The position numbers were made by a program, and so were the translations under genes. A DNA stretch of 64,000 nucleotides from contig CAVTET010000001.1 of the NCBI GenBank assembly GCA_963733675.1, forward strand, positions 992,001 to 1,056,000, read 5' to 3'. Shown piece by piece: positions 24,789 through 35,649 of this stretch; the first letter of the stretch is position 1; every line of letters begins with the position of its first letter. Source of the stretch: an uncultured Methanosarcinaceae archaeon. Its GTDB lineage: Archaea; Halobacteriota; Methanosarcinia; Methanosarcinales; Methanosarcinaceae. Under the pieces are notes generated by a model that ran no database searches, was not told where the DNA came from, and worked only from the letters and a program-made list of their open reading frames with translations.

Positions 24789-24947
24789 TCATTCTAATTT
24801 CATCGGCTCCCCGCAACATTTTATGTCGCCGTTACAGCATGCTTCTGTAGAGCAGATATCGTCCCCGCATGTATTTACTACCTTAAGTTCGAATCCACAT
24901 CCTTCACAAGAAAGACGCTGATCTTCTTTTAGTTCACTGCAGTTCAC
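24789..24947 (-). CDS. 52-aa Cys-rich, desulforedoxin-like metal-binding protein
   Basis: GAGGTGA RBS then GTG; MNCSELKEDQRLSCEGCGFELKVVNTCGDDICSTEACCNGDIKCCGEPMKLE; below the ORF-track cutoff. Confidence 0.8.
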   Translation of the reverse strand: MNCSELKEDQRLSCEGCGFELKVVNTCGDDICSTEACCNGDIKCCGEPMKLE

Positions 24948-25177
24948 TTCATATCACCTCAAAATGTTTAACACAAAAAACACGTAATTTAGATTTAAAT
25001 CTTTTTCAAAACAACGATTTTGAGTATTGTTCAAAATTTTAGCTTTTTTGTGTGGGTTGGAAATAATTTTCCAGTTGAAAACTAGCTACCACAAAGAGAT
25101 AACCACCACAGAGAGATAAATAGATTCTGGTGTTATTTTTCCGCATAAAATGTTTTCAAATTTATTTTATTCGAATA

Positions 25178-25512
25178 CCCTGCAGAATGCCGCAGGGACA
25201 GAAATTTCCCCGAGAACCATTATTGATTAAGTTAGTTGTATTTTCAGCAGATTTGTAATGAAATGGAACTTAAGCATGCAAATCGTTGTGTAGGTAAAGT
25301 AAAGTATCACCTGATTTTTTTTTGTGTGTGTGAAATGTAGTAATAAGTTTCTTTTAGATGCAGAAATCATCAGCTTTTTGAAAAACGTATGCTTTTAGAT
25401 TGGTGAATGGTACTGTTTTGACTTTGATGCATTGGTACTGATTATAATCATATTCGTTCTTTCGTTGGTGCTGAGCTCCAGTATTCTTCTTCAAAAGTTA
25501 TGCAAATCATAA
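25178..25512 (+). mobile_element. tnpA: IS200/IS605 tnpA (Y1 transposase) remnant with an upstream hairpin
   Basis: CCCTGCAGAATGCCGCAGGG hairpin at 25178-25197; degraded MELKHANRCVGKVKYHLIF...FLKNVCF*IGEWYCFDFDA...FVGAELQYSSSKVMQII. Confidence 0.8.
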
Positions 25513-25893
25513 TTTGATTTTTTAGAGATTTAAACTTTCCTTTTAATACTCAAATGCGTAGGAGTTTATCGAAATTCTCAAATATATTAACTTTTGTTTG
25601 TAGTTTAAATGTTTAAATTGTCCATAACTGTGATTGAGAGTTTTTGAAAATTATCTTCGCTGTTAAAAACGATACTTTTTCATGAGTACATACTGTCAAG
25701 TATAGTGTATTTTATTCAGTCACTTAATTTCCTGGCAAAAATAACATGAAAATAAATCAAATATCCCTTTTAAAAATCTTAATTTTATTATTCTTTTCTC
25801 ATTTGCAGTTTAATGGCAAGTTTTCGTTCCAGATTCTACACTTCTATCTATATAAAAATGTGTTTTTTATACTAGTTTGGTAATCAGTATTCA

Positions 25894-26256
25894 ATGATTG
25901 ATTTAGATACCTTGAAATATGACAACGGTCTGATTCGAGTTGTTGTTCAGGATCATGTCAGCAAAGAAGTGCTTATGTGCGCTTATATGAACCGGGAAGC
26001 TCTTGAGAAAACTATTGAAACTGGAATTTCGCATTTCTGGAGCCGAAGTAGACAAAAGCTGTGGAAAAAAGGGGAAATTTCGGGAAATGTGCAGAAAGTG
26101 AATCAGATAAAGATTGACTGCGATATGGATTCTATCCTACTGCTTGTGGACCAGATTGGGGGAGCTTGCCACATGGGATATAGATCCTGTTTTTTTTGAG
26201 ATATCGAGGGAAAGATAATCGGTGAGAAGGTTTTTGAGCCGGAGGATGCCTATTAG
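25894..26256 (+). CDS. hisI: Phosphoribosyl-AMP cyclohydrolase; in-frame TGA at 26197 removes the last ~19 codons
   Basis: [32 protein letters not shown]; frame continues [18 protein letters not shown]. Confidence 0.92.
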
Positions 26257-26631
26257 ATTTTAAGATTTTGATTGAGTTTGAAAATTGTATTCGGTCAATA
26301 CATTGTTTCTCCATTTTAAAGTCAAAAAGACCATGCAATTGCTGTAAAACAAATATTTTGAACATAATAATGATACCAGCTTCAGGTCTGCCTCAGAAAA
26401 CGGTTTTGTCAAAATATATGGACTCAAAAATGATATGAAAAAGTTTCCAATCAATTAAGGAATCAATTTTAGTAAGTTTATCTCCAACTGACTGAAGATG
26501 CTTGTATTCCTCTTTGAGAGCAAAATCAGTAAGAGTTTTCATGAGTATAAATTATTGTCAAGAGATTTGTAATCTCCAATGCCCAAATGCATAGAAGCTT
26601 ATCGAAATAATCTATCAACAAAGATATTTAC

Positions 26632-27489
26632 TCATTCATTATGAGCGGTGAATCTCATATTGGCTTTAATCCTCTGAAAAACCATGGTGATAATGTAAAG
26701 AACGAATACTATGCTAGTTATAAAAAAGCTCACTGGGTAAGGCTCATAAAACGAAATAAAAAGTCCTAGCCAGGTCGCGATTAGAGCAATAAATATAGAG
26801 ATCATTATGCCTTGTTTGGGGCGTTTTGCAAATCGATGAGCAATCGCTGCTGGTGTGATCATTAATGAGAAAATAAGAAGGACACCAACGACTTGAACGG
26901 CGAAAGATGTCGCAACTGCGACCATAAGCATGAAAATTATTCCAAGCAAAAGCGTTGGCAATCCTTTTACTTCTGCGACTTCTTCATCAAGAGATGAAAA
27001 TAAGAGTGGTCGATATACTATCCCAGTTGAAAACATAATCAGCAGACTGGCAACAAGTGTCATAATGACATCATTATTACTAATACCCAATATTTCTCCG
27101 AATAAAATAGAGTAGGCTTCGGTTGCATAGCCACTATAGAGGCTAATGAACAGAACACCAAGGCCAAGCATGAATGAAAGGACTATTCCAATTTGAGTGT
27201 CGCGCGAAGCTGCTCGGCGACCAAGTATTGCTATCGTTATACCGCCACAACCAGTAAACAGCAGAAGGCCGATTATAGGGGCGAACCCAAAGAGCACGGC
27301 GCCTGCTGCCCCTGAAAATCCGATATGAGCAAGGGCGTGCGCCGCGAACGATGAACGACGAAGCACTATAAAGTAGCCGACGATGCCTGCGACGATCGCG
27401 ACTATAGTTCCGGCTTCAAAGGCATGCTGCATAAATCCGTATTGCCACATCTCTTGCAGGTCAGTTAATAAATTAATGCTAAAGGACAT
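26632..27489 (-). CDS. Zn/Mn ABC transporter permease (ZnuB-like)
   Basis: HALAHIGFSGAA, ILFGEILG, VGVLLIFSLMITPA. Confidence 0.92.
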   Translation of the reverse strand: MSFSINLLTDLQEMWQYGFMQHAFEAGTIVAIVAGIVGYFIVLRRSSFAAHALAHIGFSGAAGAVLFGFAPIIGLLLFTGCGGITIAILGRRAASRDTQIGIVLSFMLGLGVLFISLYSGYATEAYSILFGEILGISNNDVIMTLVASLLIMFSTGIVYRPLLFSSLDEEVAEVKGLPTLLLGIIFMLMVAVATSFAVQVVGVLLIFSLMITPAAIAHRFAKRPKQGIMISIFIALIATWLGLFISFYEPYPVSFFITSIVFVLYIITMVFQRIKANMRFTAHNE

Positions 27490-27490
27490 A

Positions 27491-28288
27491 TCAATCGTAA
27501 TGGTGCTGGTTTTCTTCGATACCTATCACTGCGACCTGGCCCTTAGAACCACGCAGGACCTCAACCGGTGTCCCGTATAAAGCCGATAGGGACTCTGACG
27601 TCAGGACTTCGTTTGGCCTGCCGATCGCCACCTTGCCGTTGACTATATATATCACTTTATCAAGAACAGGCAAAAGTGGATTAATATTGTGAGCTATAAG
27701 CAATGCCGTTGCATTGCGTGCTCGAACTACATTATCGATAAGCTGCACTAATTCTTGCTCACGCCTGATATCAAGGTTTGACAATGGCTCATCGAGCAAT
27801 AATAGATCTGGGTCGCTGACCAATGCTTCAGCTAGAAATACCCGTTGTAATTCTCCGCCTGACAATACGCCAAGGGACCGATGTGCTAGATCTTCTGCTC
27901 CAACGGCTTTCAGCGCATCAAAAGCGCATTTGCTATCTTTTTGGGAAAATAGGTTAAAACCCCACCTATTTCCGGAAAAGCCGAGCCTTACCAATTCAAG
28001 GGATTCGATGTTCATTTCTGGATCAATTAAGTGTCTCTGCGGTACGAAACCGATATGTGGATTGCCGCGTTTAGGTAGGGTATTAAATATCTTAATATTG
28101 CCACGAATAGGTTGTTGTATCCCAAGAAGCAAACGAAACAGGGTTGTTTTTCCCGATCCGTTGGGACCGATGATCGCTACGAATTCGCCGTAGTCTATAG
28201 TAAAATTGGCGTCCTGCCAAACGATGTTGTTCTGATAGCCGGCCGCCAAGTTTTCAACTGTAATAATATTCGAATAGTTTGCGTTCAT
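27491..28288 (-). CDS. Zn/Mn ABC transporter ATPase (ZnuC-like)
   Basis: GPNGSGKT, LSGGELQR, LLLLDEP. Confidence 0.93.
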   Translation of the reverse strand: MNANYSNIITVENLAAGYQNNIVWQDANFTIDYGEFVAIIGPNGSGKTTLFRLLLGIQQPIRGNIKIFNTLPKRGNPHIGFVPQRHLIDPEMNIESLELVRLGFSGNRWGFNLFSQKDSKCAFDALKAVGAEDLAHRSLGVLSGGELQRVFLAEALVSDPDLLLLDEPLSNLDIRREQELVQLIDNVVRARNATALLIAHNINPLLPVLDKVIYIVNGKVAIGRPNEVLTSESLSALYGTPVEVLRGSKGQVAVIGIEENQHHYD

Positions 28289-29239
28289 TTATCGTTTCCC
28301 AAGAGCCTTTGAATTTAGTGAGTTCTGAAGAGAGATTAATTCTGAGTTCATCCAATCCTGGAACGAAACATCTGGCGGCTGTATGGTTTCTGTGATACCA
28401 ATGAGGGGTATGCCTTCTTCCGTAGCCAGTTTCTTCATATTATTCGTAATTGGCGTTACAGTTTGCTGGTTATAGACAAGCACACTCACATTTCCACTCT
28501 TAAGCTGCGTCTCAAATTGCACAATGCTCTCTGCCGGTGGATCGTTTCCTTCGGCAACAGCTTGAGTAAATGCAAGAGGAGAAATAAGGTCAAGACCTGT
28601 AGCTTTTGCTAGGTATGCAAAGATACTTTCTGTGGCTGCTACTTTAGTGCTTTCAAATTGTTGTTTAATCTCCCTGGTCCTATTTTGATATTTTGAAAGC
28701 GATAATTGCAAGTTTGCATAATTCTGTTCATAATATGCAGCATTGGCTGGATCGATAGAAATCAGATCTTCTTTCATCTGTTTCACGGTCAGGTTCACAT
28801 AATCTGGGTCATACCAGAAATGAGGATTATTCCCCTCTTTTTTTCCAAGAAGCTTTGCTACATTTAAAATTTTGCAGTCTGATTTTATGCCAGCTCCAAT
28901 CAGCTTGTTAGCCCAGCTGTCATATCCGGCTCCGTTAACAACTATATAATCTGCCATAGCAACTGCACGCGCATTTTCAGTGTTACTTTCGTACTCATGT
29001 GGATCTGCATTGGGATCTGAAACTATGCTCAGCACTTGGACATGCGTTCCGCCAATCTGAGATACCAGACTACCCCAAAAATTTTCAGCAGCAACTATTT
29101 GTATGGTTTTCGTAGTATTGATGGTAACGGGAGTATTATTAGTGCCAAGAGAACTTGGATGAAAACCCTTTATTACAATGAAAGAAACGAGGGCAATAAG
29201 GATCACCATTCCTATGACAATATAAGTTGTATGTTTCAT
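28289..29239 (-). CDS. Zn/Mn ABC transporter substrate-binding protein (ZnuA-like)
   Basis: DPHEYE, NPHFW. Confidence 0.92.
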   Translation of the reverse strand: MKHTTYIVIGMVILIALVSFIVIKGFHPSSLGTNNTPVTINTTKTIQIVAAENFWGSLVSQIGGTHVQVLSIVSDPNADPHEYESNTENARAVAMADYIVVNGAGYDSWANKLIGAGIKSDCKILNVAKLLGKKEGNNPHFWYDPDYVNLTVKQMKEDLISIDPANAAYYEQNYANLQLSLSKYQNRTREIKQQFESTKVAATESIFAYLAKATGLDLISPLAFTQAVAEGNDPPAESIVQFETQLKSGNVSVLVYNQQTVTPITNNMKKLATEEGIPLIGITETIQPPDVSFQDWMNSELISLQNSLNSKALGKR

Positions 29240-29360
29240 AATTTTCTACCTACTGAATGTGAATACATTCTTTGCTGATCCCAAAAATTAAAATTCGTTT
29301 TTTGAATCTCATATTTTGAACGAAGAGTCGAGCTTCTGATAATAAAAACAATGTGAAGGA

Positions 29361-29484
29361 TCTAGGACTTATATACTTTGGGTATAAAACAACGCATCTT
29401 AGACGTTGTGACTAAATTTGTACTTTGGGTAATTAGAAGTTTAATGCTATTGATTTTTTTTATTTCAACTGCGAAAGTCCTAGA
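29361..29484. mobile_element. MITE-like repeat copy
   Basis: Perfect terminal IR TCTAGGACTT/AAGTCCTAGA; AAGTTTAATGCTATTGATTTT core. Confidence 0.75.
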
Positions 29485-30033
29485 ATTCTAATGATTAAGG
29501 GTAAATAGAATTAAATATGGGGATGAAACTGAGAAACTGCAGCATTAAATATCCAACTGTCTAAAGATAAATAATTCTGATAATGTCATATATCTTTGAT
29601 TTTATCCCTCAATCACATAAACTTCAAATGAAATGGATTTAAGACGAGCTTATTATGCAATTATCGGTGATAAATTATTGGTTATCTACCAAATATTTTG
29701 TTCCATATAAATATTTTTCGCCATATTTAAGGATTATTTAAACACAAAAATAAACTGGATAAAAAATTAGCTAAATCATTAGAAAATGGCCTTTTTTCCC
29801 GAAAACTCACACCTCTATTTATTGATCCGATGCATTTGTGGCACAAAATTAAACTTATTTACACTATGATTAGAATCGTTTTTTAAATAATTACAGGTTT
29901 TATGATATTTATTTTTTTTAAATTATGAAAGTGTGTTATTGAAAATCGTAAGCATAGGGGTCTCCATACGTTTTTTTTTAGAAACGGGATTGCACTATAA
30001 ATTTGAAGCATATGCAAAAAATATTAATATTAT

Positions 30034-30486
30034 GTGGGTATACACCACACAATGACACTTAATGATGGTCTAGAGTTAAGTCCTAAAAAAAATGAATATT
30101 TGAAATATATATTTGAGAAAGGTGGTATCGTTCGTACAATGGATATATCAGATCATTTTCACCTTGACCCGTCAACAATTACTAAGGCCATACAAGAGAT
30201 GTCTTCCACTGGCCTTATAAATTATGTACCTTATAGGGGCATTAGTTTAACATCCAAGGGCACCGAGCATGCCGAGTTTTTGGTTAGACGTCACCGGGTT
30301 ATAGAATTGATGCTTTCCCACTATGGGCTTTCTGGACATGAAGCTTGTGATGAAGCTTTGAAGTTTGAGGGATACGTCTCAAGAAATGTGGTCAATAAGA
30401 TTTGTCGTTCTCTGGGGCATCCGAGAGTAGGTATTTGCGGGAGAATCACGCATAATAAAAGCTGTTGTTATCTTGGAGAAAATTAA
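30034..30486 (+). CDS. DtxR/MntR-family metal-dependent repressor, divergent from the ABC operon
   Basis: EYLKYI, PSTITKAI, YVPYRGISLT, RRHRVIE, LGHP. Confidence 0.92.
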   Translation: MGIHHTMTLNDGLELSPKKNEYLKYIFEKGGIVRTMDISDHFHLDPSTITKAIQEMSSTGLINYVPYRGISLTSKGTEHAEFLVRRHRVIELMLSHYGLSGHEACDEALKFEGYVSRNVVNKICRSLGHPRVGICGRITHNKSCCYLGEN

Positions 30487-30831
30487 TGAAGTACTATCAA
30501 ATAAAATTAATGAAATATTATAATGATACTAGCAGATAGGTCATTAATCCACAATAAACCAGGCCCGGATATATTACTTCTATAACAAAAAAAACATTGA
30601 CTATTTTATAAGATAAAGGCCTAGGGTTTTACTATATTATATAATTTACATAGTTTGGTTAGAAAATCAATAAGTTTTAAAAATTAACCCGTAAAAATTA
30701 TAGATAATTTTTCTTTGAAAATCAATTTTTCCTTATACACCTCTATTTAATTACGCTTAAAATTAACTCTTGAAAATGGTGCAAGTTCTAACGTCATAGC
30801 TATATATACCAGTTACTGTTCATTAAAAATA

Positions 30832-31326
30832 ATGACAGAAAGACCTTTCCTTGACGAATATTTCCTTGAAATCGCTTTCGTTGTGGGAAAACGATCTACC
30901 TGCCTCTGAAATAATGTAGGAGCAGTTATTGTTAGAGATAAACGTATACTCTCAACTGGATACAATGGGGCTCCGAGTGGTATGGAACACTGCCTTGAAA
31001 TCGGGTGTATTCGGGACATAGAGAAGATCCCTTCAGGCACTCGACAGGAGAAATGCAGGGCAGTGCATGCGGAACAGAATGCCATCATTCAGGCTGCAAT
31101 CCATGGGGTGAATGTATCAGGGGCAACTATCTATTGCACACATCAATCTTGTATTCTCTGCACAAAAATGATTATTAATTCAAATATAAACAAGGTTGTA
31201 TATGCAACTCCTTATCATGATACTGATTCATTTACTTTTTTCAGGGATGCAGGTGTGGAAGTGAAATATATACATTTTGAAATTAAATGTTTAAGTTTGA
31301 CAAGGAGTAAACCCACAGGATTTTAA
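30832..31326 (+). pseudogene. dCMP deaminase family protein with an in-frame TGA at 30907
   Basis: [52 protein letters not shown]; CILC. Confidence 0.9.
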
Positions 31327-31546
31327 CATATCGCTTGTACTCATCTCTGCAAAAGAAGTTCTCTGTAGGAGATCCAAAATGATTTAATTAATTTTATAAT
31401 TTATGGGACAAAGCTCAAAACCATTAAGTCTTTAGCTGAGTGGTAGTTAATATCATATCTAAACTGACCTTTCGCAGATTTACATAGGTGTATAATTTAT
31501 TTGTCTATTTGCACACCTATTTTCCGGTAGTCGAAATATGCTTGCT

Positions 31547-31662
31547 GGTACTTATGTACTTGAGGTGCAAAATCAAGTATAAAAATCATTGCTATTTAAA
31601 TTTTCAATTTAGACAATTAAAAGTTTAATGCTGTTGATTTCTCAGTTTAACTGCGTAAGTTC
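31547..31662. mobile_element. MITE-like repeat copy
   Basis: ACTTGAGGTGCAAAATCAAG...AAGTTTAATGCTGTTGATTTCTCAGTTTAACTGCGTAAGT. Confidence 0.75.
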
Positions 31663-32337
31663 TAACATGAATTTGTATATACATACTAAACCATTAAATA
31701 GTTGGTGTAATATCAAATTTAAAAACAGTATTAATGCAGACATTTTGTGAAATGTCTATCAAATTATTATTTATGCAATAATTTGATAAAATATAAGCTA
31801 ACAAGCATAAATTATTTTTTTGCAGTTAAAAAAAAGTTGGTTATATGCTAAATTTTTAAATATATCTGCCGCATAATGTAGAATGGGTCATGTCTACAAA
31901 TAGTAAAATTTTGCTTATTATAAAAATACACCCTCTTCAGAAAATATAACTGGATTATTTAGTTCTTAAATACTGTTTAACAATGCACTTGCTAGTTGGA
32001 AGTAAATTGAAAAATCAACTACCTTTATAAATAATACAAAATTAAAACAAGTTAGGAGTGTATACAAATATGGAGAAACAAAAATATGATAGAATAAAAA
32101 AGCGAATATTTGTCAGTAAACCCGTTGAGTTTCCATTAATTTCAACGAAGGATAAAATAATAAGTAATGCTGAATACTCCAAAAATAAATAGGGAAATAT
32201 TTGTTACCTTAAGGAATATCATTATCCATCAGGGTTTATCAACAATAAACTATACTTTATATATATATATGTATATATATCAGTGTTATCTGCATTTAGT
32301 GTTAAGTTAAACAATATAAAAGGAGCGTAATAAAATA

Positions 32338-32648
32338 TTGAAACAATCATCTAGTAGAATGAAAAAAATACTGTCCATTTTTTTGTAGTCCTTTTTGTAG
32401 TATCGTTGACAGGTATGTTAGCTAGTGCACGTCCTGGTTGGTACCGTGGTGGACCTTGGGGCGGGGGAGGAAGCTGGGGTGACGGCCTTGGCTGGGGATG
32501 GAACTGGTTGGGTCCGTGTCATTATGTGTACGATGGCACAGGAAACTGGACGGTGTCTTGTCCTTCCCCAGCAACAAACTTCCCCTACTTAGGTGAAATC
32601 CCAGCAGGTACAGTTTCAGATCACTTTACTCCCACTGTCCAGCCTTAG
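32338..32648 (+). pseudogene. Small secreted Gly/Trp-rich Cys-pair peptide, frameshifted in a T-run of the signal peptide
   Basis: LKQSSSRMKKILSIF / VVLFVVSLTGMLASA-RPGWYRGGPWGGGGSWG...CHYVYDGTGNWTVSCPS; paralogous to 15955-16296. Confidence 0.75.
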
Positions 32649-33314
32649 CCCCAGAAAATAATAACAACAATTGGGGAAAACAAAGTATATATAAAGTGTA
32701 AATAACGTTTAAATGCTTTTATTAATCCTACGCAAAAATACTCGAAAAAAGTCTACTATCAATTGGTCGTAAAAGTAAATATGAGACTTTTAATTTGTTT
32801 TTTAGGACTAAATCGACTTCTTTTTATGACCATATAATTCTAAATAGATCCAGCTTTCATTAAACATAGTTTCTGTACTAAAATCTCTGAATTTTCAAGC
32901 TCCATCCAGAATAAGAAAACATTGAAGATCTGTTACTAATGGAGCACTGGAACTTCTAGAACATTTGGAGCTCCTGGAACACTTAGAACTAATTAGCCTA
33001 AACCACAATTCTAAATGGAAATATTAGAAAAATATAATTATATAGATCTGGCAGTGTACTGAAAGTTCTGTAAAATTTAATTAAACTCTATGCTATTGCT
33101 ATCAATTTATAGCTCGCAATTGTTATTAGCTTGATTTACACAGGAAGGAATCCCCACTCCATCATCTGTTATCATAATATATGAAGTTCCAATGAAAATG
33201 GAGTTATGCATGTTCACACCGTTTATGGTCTGTCGGGGCACATCGTCTATTGTCACTTCACTATCAGTTATGTGGATTTTCTTGCCTTCTGCATAAAAAA
33301 TTCCATTCACTGCA

Positions 33315-33653
33315 ATGTATCCATCTTCTGTAATTACAGGCCTTACAAGAAGAAGTAAATCTAGTAAGGATGAATTAAATCGTAGTAAAGAAGGCTACAC
33401 AGGCCAAATAAAAAGTTTGGAGGAAAAGTTAAAGGCAGCTCCGGATATCGCTGAGTTCTCACGTCTGCAGGCAAGAGCCGAAGATTTACATGATCATAAC
33501 GAGACATTAAAGAAAGAGCTTGAAAAGGCAGAGAGAGATAAAGAGGACCTTAAGACCACGTATAATAACTCCTTTCTGCAGGTTCAAACGCTCATAAATC
33601 AAAAGTCCATTGAAGCACCAGGATCTAAAAAATCTTGGTGGCAATTTTGGTAA
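33315..33653 (+). CDS. Coiled-coil protein ending KKSWWQFW (probably 5'-truncated)
   Basis: Heptad-rich body; basic-aromatic C-terminus common in plasmid/MGE DNA-binding proteins. Confidence 0.6.
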   Translation: MYPSSVITGLTRRSKSSKDELNRSKEGYTGQIKSLEEKLKAAPDIAEFSRLQARAEDLHDHNETLKKELEKAERDKEDLKTTYNNSFLQVQTLINQKSIEAPGSKKSWWQFW

Positions 33654-33659
33654 GTCCGC

Positions 33660-34090
33660 CTAAAATTCTCCAACCATAGATAACTTATCTAGAATTTTAT
33701 TCCTAATTGCATCTGTATCTTTAACTATTATCTCAACATTTTCGTTTTTATTCTCTGAAATGACGTCCATTTTTCGGTACAAATGTCGACCAAAATCCTC
33801 CGGGAAACGTCTTTCCAGAATCCACATGCAAACCGGGCAGTTTCAGCATTGGCGGCTTTATTAAGGTGTTCAAGACATTTTTTAGCCGCATCTGCATTAC
33901 ACTTATTTATATATTTATAAAACTGATGATAATTCCCAGATTTCTCTGTCTTGCCCCTATTCATCCAGGAATTGAAAGTTTGGTAAGTTATACCAACAGC
34001 TTCGGCAGCAAGAAAATAGGAAAGTCCCAAAGCAATATTGTCACCAATTTTCTTGGTTATATTAGGCGTCATTTTAGTCGGTCTAGCCAT
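33660..34090 (-). pseudogene. Terminase small-subunit-like HTH protein, frameshift near 33845
   Basis: MARPTKMTP...AAEAVGITYQTFNSWMNRG; shifted frame CMWILERRFPEDFGR... to TAG at 33660. Confidence 0.6.
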
Positions 34091-34575
34091 GGTTACACCG
34101 TTTTTCAGTTCTTTGTAATAATATATGCGGGTCTTATCTTAAATATTTACTTAGTTTGATTATGCACGAAGCCGAGTTTTGGGATATGAACTCATAAATT
34201 GAACGATTGTGGGGCAATCTCATGCCTTTTTTAGGGTAGGTAGGTTTCTACAGGACTTCACATCGAAGTCTCCAGAATGAGCTTATATTAAGCGTTTTTT
34301 GGACAAAAACTAAATCCCATAATTTTACTGCCAAAAAACCGGGGGCATCTCCGAGATATTTTTCACATACTTTTATTAATTTAAAATTATATAAATTATA
34401 TTTATTAAAATAGTCACGTAGCTTTTTAGATCGGAATATGAATTTTTATCCCATTATTATAGAATCTGTAAAAACATATTAAAATAGTATGGGGGATGTT
34501 GACCGATTTCCGTTCTTTCACAATAGGATAGAGAGAATTTATAACAAATTATTTAACAACTTGTTAGTTAAATGG

Positions 34576-34971
34576 CTAGAACTGATCTCCATGATCATCT
34601 GTTTCAATCTGCAAAAACAAAGGTTTTACTTCTGTATTACCATCTTCATCGACTATAGTGCAATCCAATTTGTACATATTAGTAGCTGGTTGATCAAGCG
34701 CAGCTGTTTGGTCTTGTAGTGTTTTTTCGCAGAACGTTAAATATCTACGGTTTCCTTCTTTATCAAGAAGTACCGGAGTATATAATAAACACGGTTTCTC
34801 AATTGATGAGTCAAAGTTTTCACTGGGTACACTTAGGACTTTCCAAGATTCTACCGTACATTCTTCCAATTTAAACGGAAGATCTTGGAGATAATCTTCT
34901 TTTAATTCAGGCGTTAATTTTAATGAAATTTTCGGATCAAACTCTTGCTTTCTGTTGTCAATAAAACTCAT
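34576..34971 (-). CDS. Hypothetical protein of the integrated element
   Basis: 131-aa ORF abutting the upstream ORF, with a GGTGA RBS. Confidence 0.65.
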   Translation of the reverse strand: MSFIDNRKQEFDPKISLKLTPELKEDYLQDLPFKLEECTVESWKVLSVPSENFDSSIEKPCLLYTPVLLDKEGNRRYLTFCEKTLQDQTAALDQPATNMYKLDCTIVDEDGNTEVKPLFLQIETDDHGDQF

Positions 34972-35205
34972 TTAATCACCTGCAATTTTCTGCCAACCAT
35001 AACCATCGCCTTCAATTTCTATTTTTTTTACTTTGCCTTCATTTACAAGCTTATAAAGCATGATTTTAGCAGTGGACCTGCTGCATCCTACTAAACTCAT
35101 AATAGTTGTAGCGGACTTAATACTGTCAATTGATAGAGCATTCAGTAACATATCTTCTGTAAATTGCTGTTGAAATCTTGTTTTACCACCTTTCATATTA
35201 CCCAA
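34972..35205 (-). CDS. Small winged-helix DNA-binding protein
   Basis: SATTIMSLVGCSRSTAKIMLYKLVNEGKVKK. Confidence 0.65.
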   Translation of the reverse strand: MGNMKGGKTRFQQQFTEDMLLNALSIDSIKSATTIMSLVGCSRSTAKIMLYKLVNEGKVKKIEIEGDGYGWQKIAGD

Positions 35206-35649
35206 TCTATTAGCCCGTAAATTTTCAAGAAAATACGCTACTATATACGATTTGTTATTATTTATACTTTATAATCACCCGATAATGGTAATGGTAAAGG
35301 ATTCCATTTTGATATTTGAATAGTTGGTTATGGAGAAGATTTCGATGGAAAAAATTAAAACCGGGAAAATTTTAGAAATAGAACAGAATAAAACGAGCAA
35401 TATAAGCAAACAGGAGGATAAAAACAATAACTATAGCCTAGTTAAGTAATATATCTAATATATTTATCTCTTGCATTTTTCCATCTTACCCACATTCTAG
35501 GAGAAAATAATCTTTTTTACCTCTACATATTACCAATATTGCCTATTTTTGCATGAAAGGAAAAAATTTGAATTTTTATAAAATATCTTTTAAACAAAAC
35601 TATTTTTTTCTCAATATAGTTTCCTATTTTGGGGTGAACTAATAATTAT

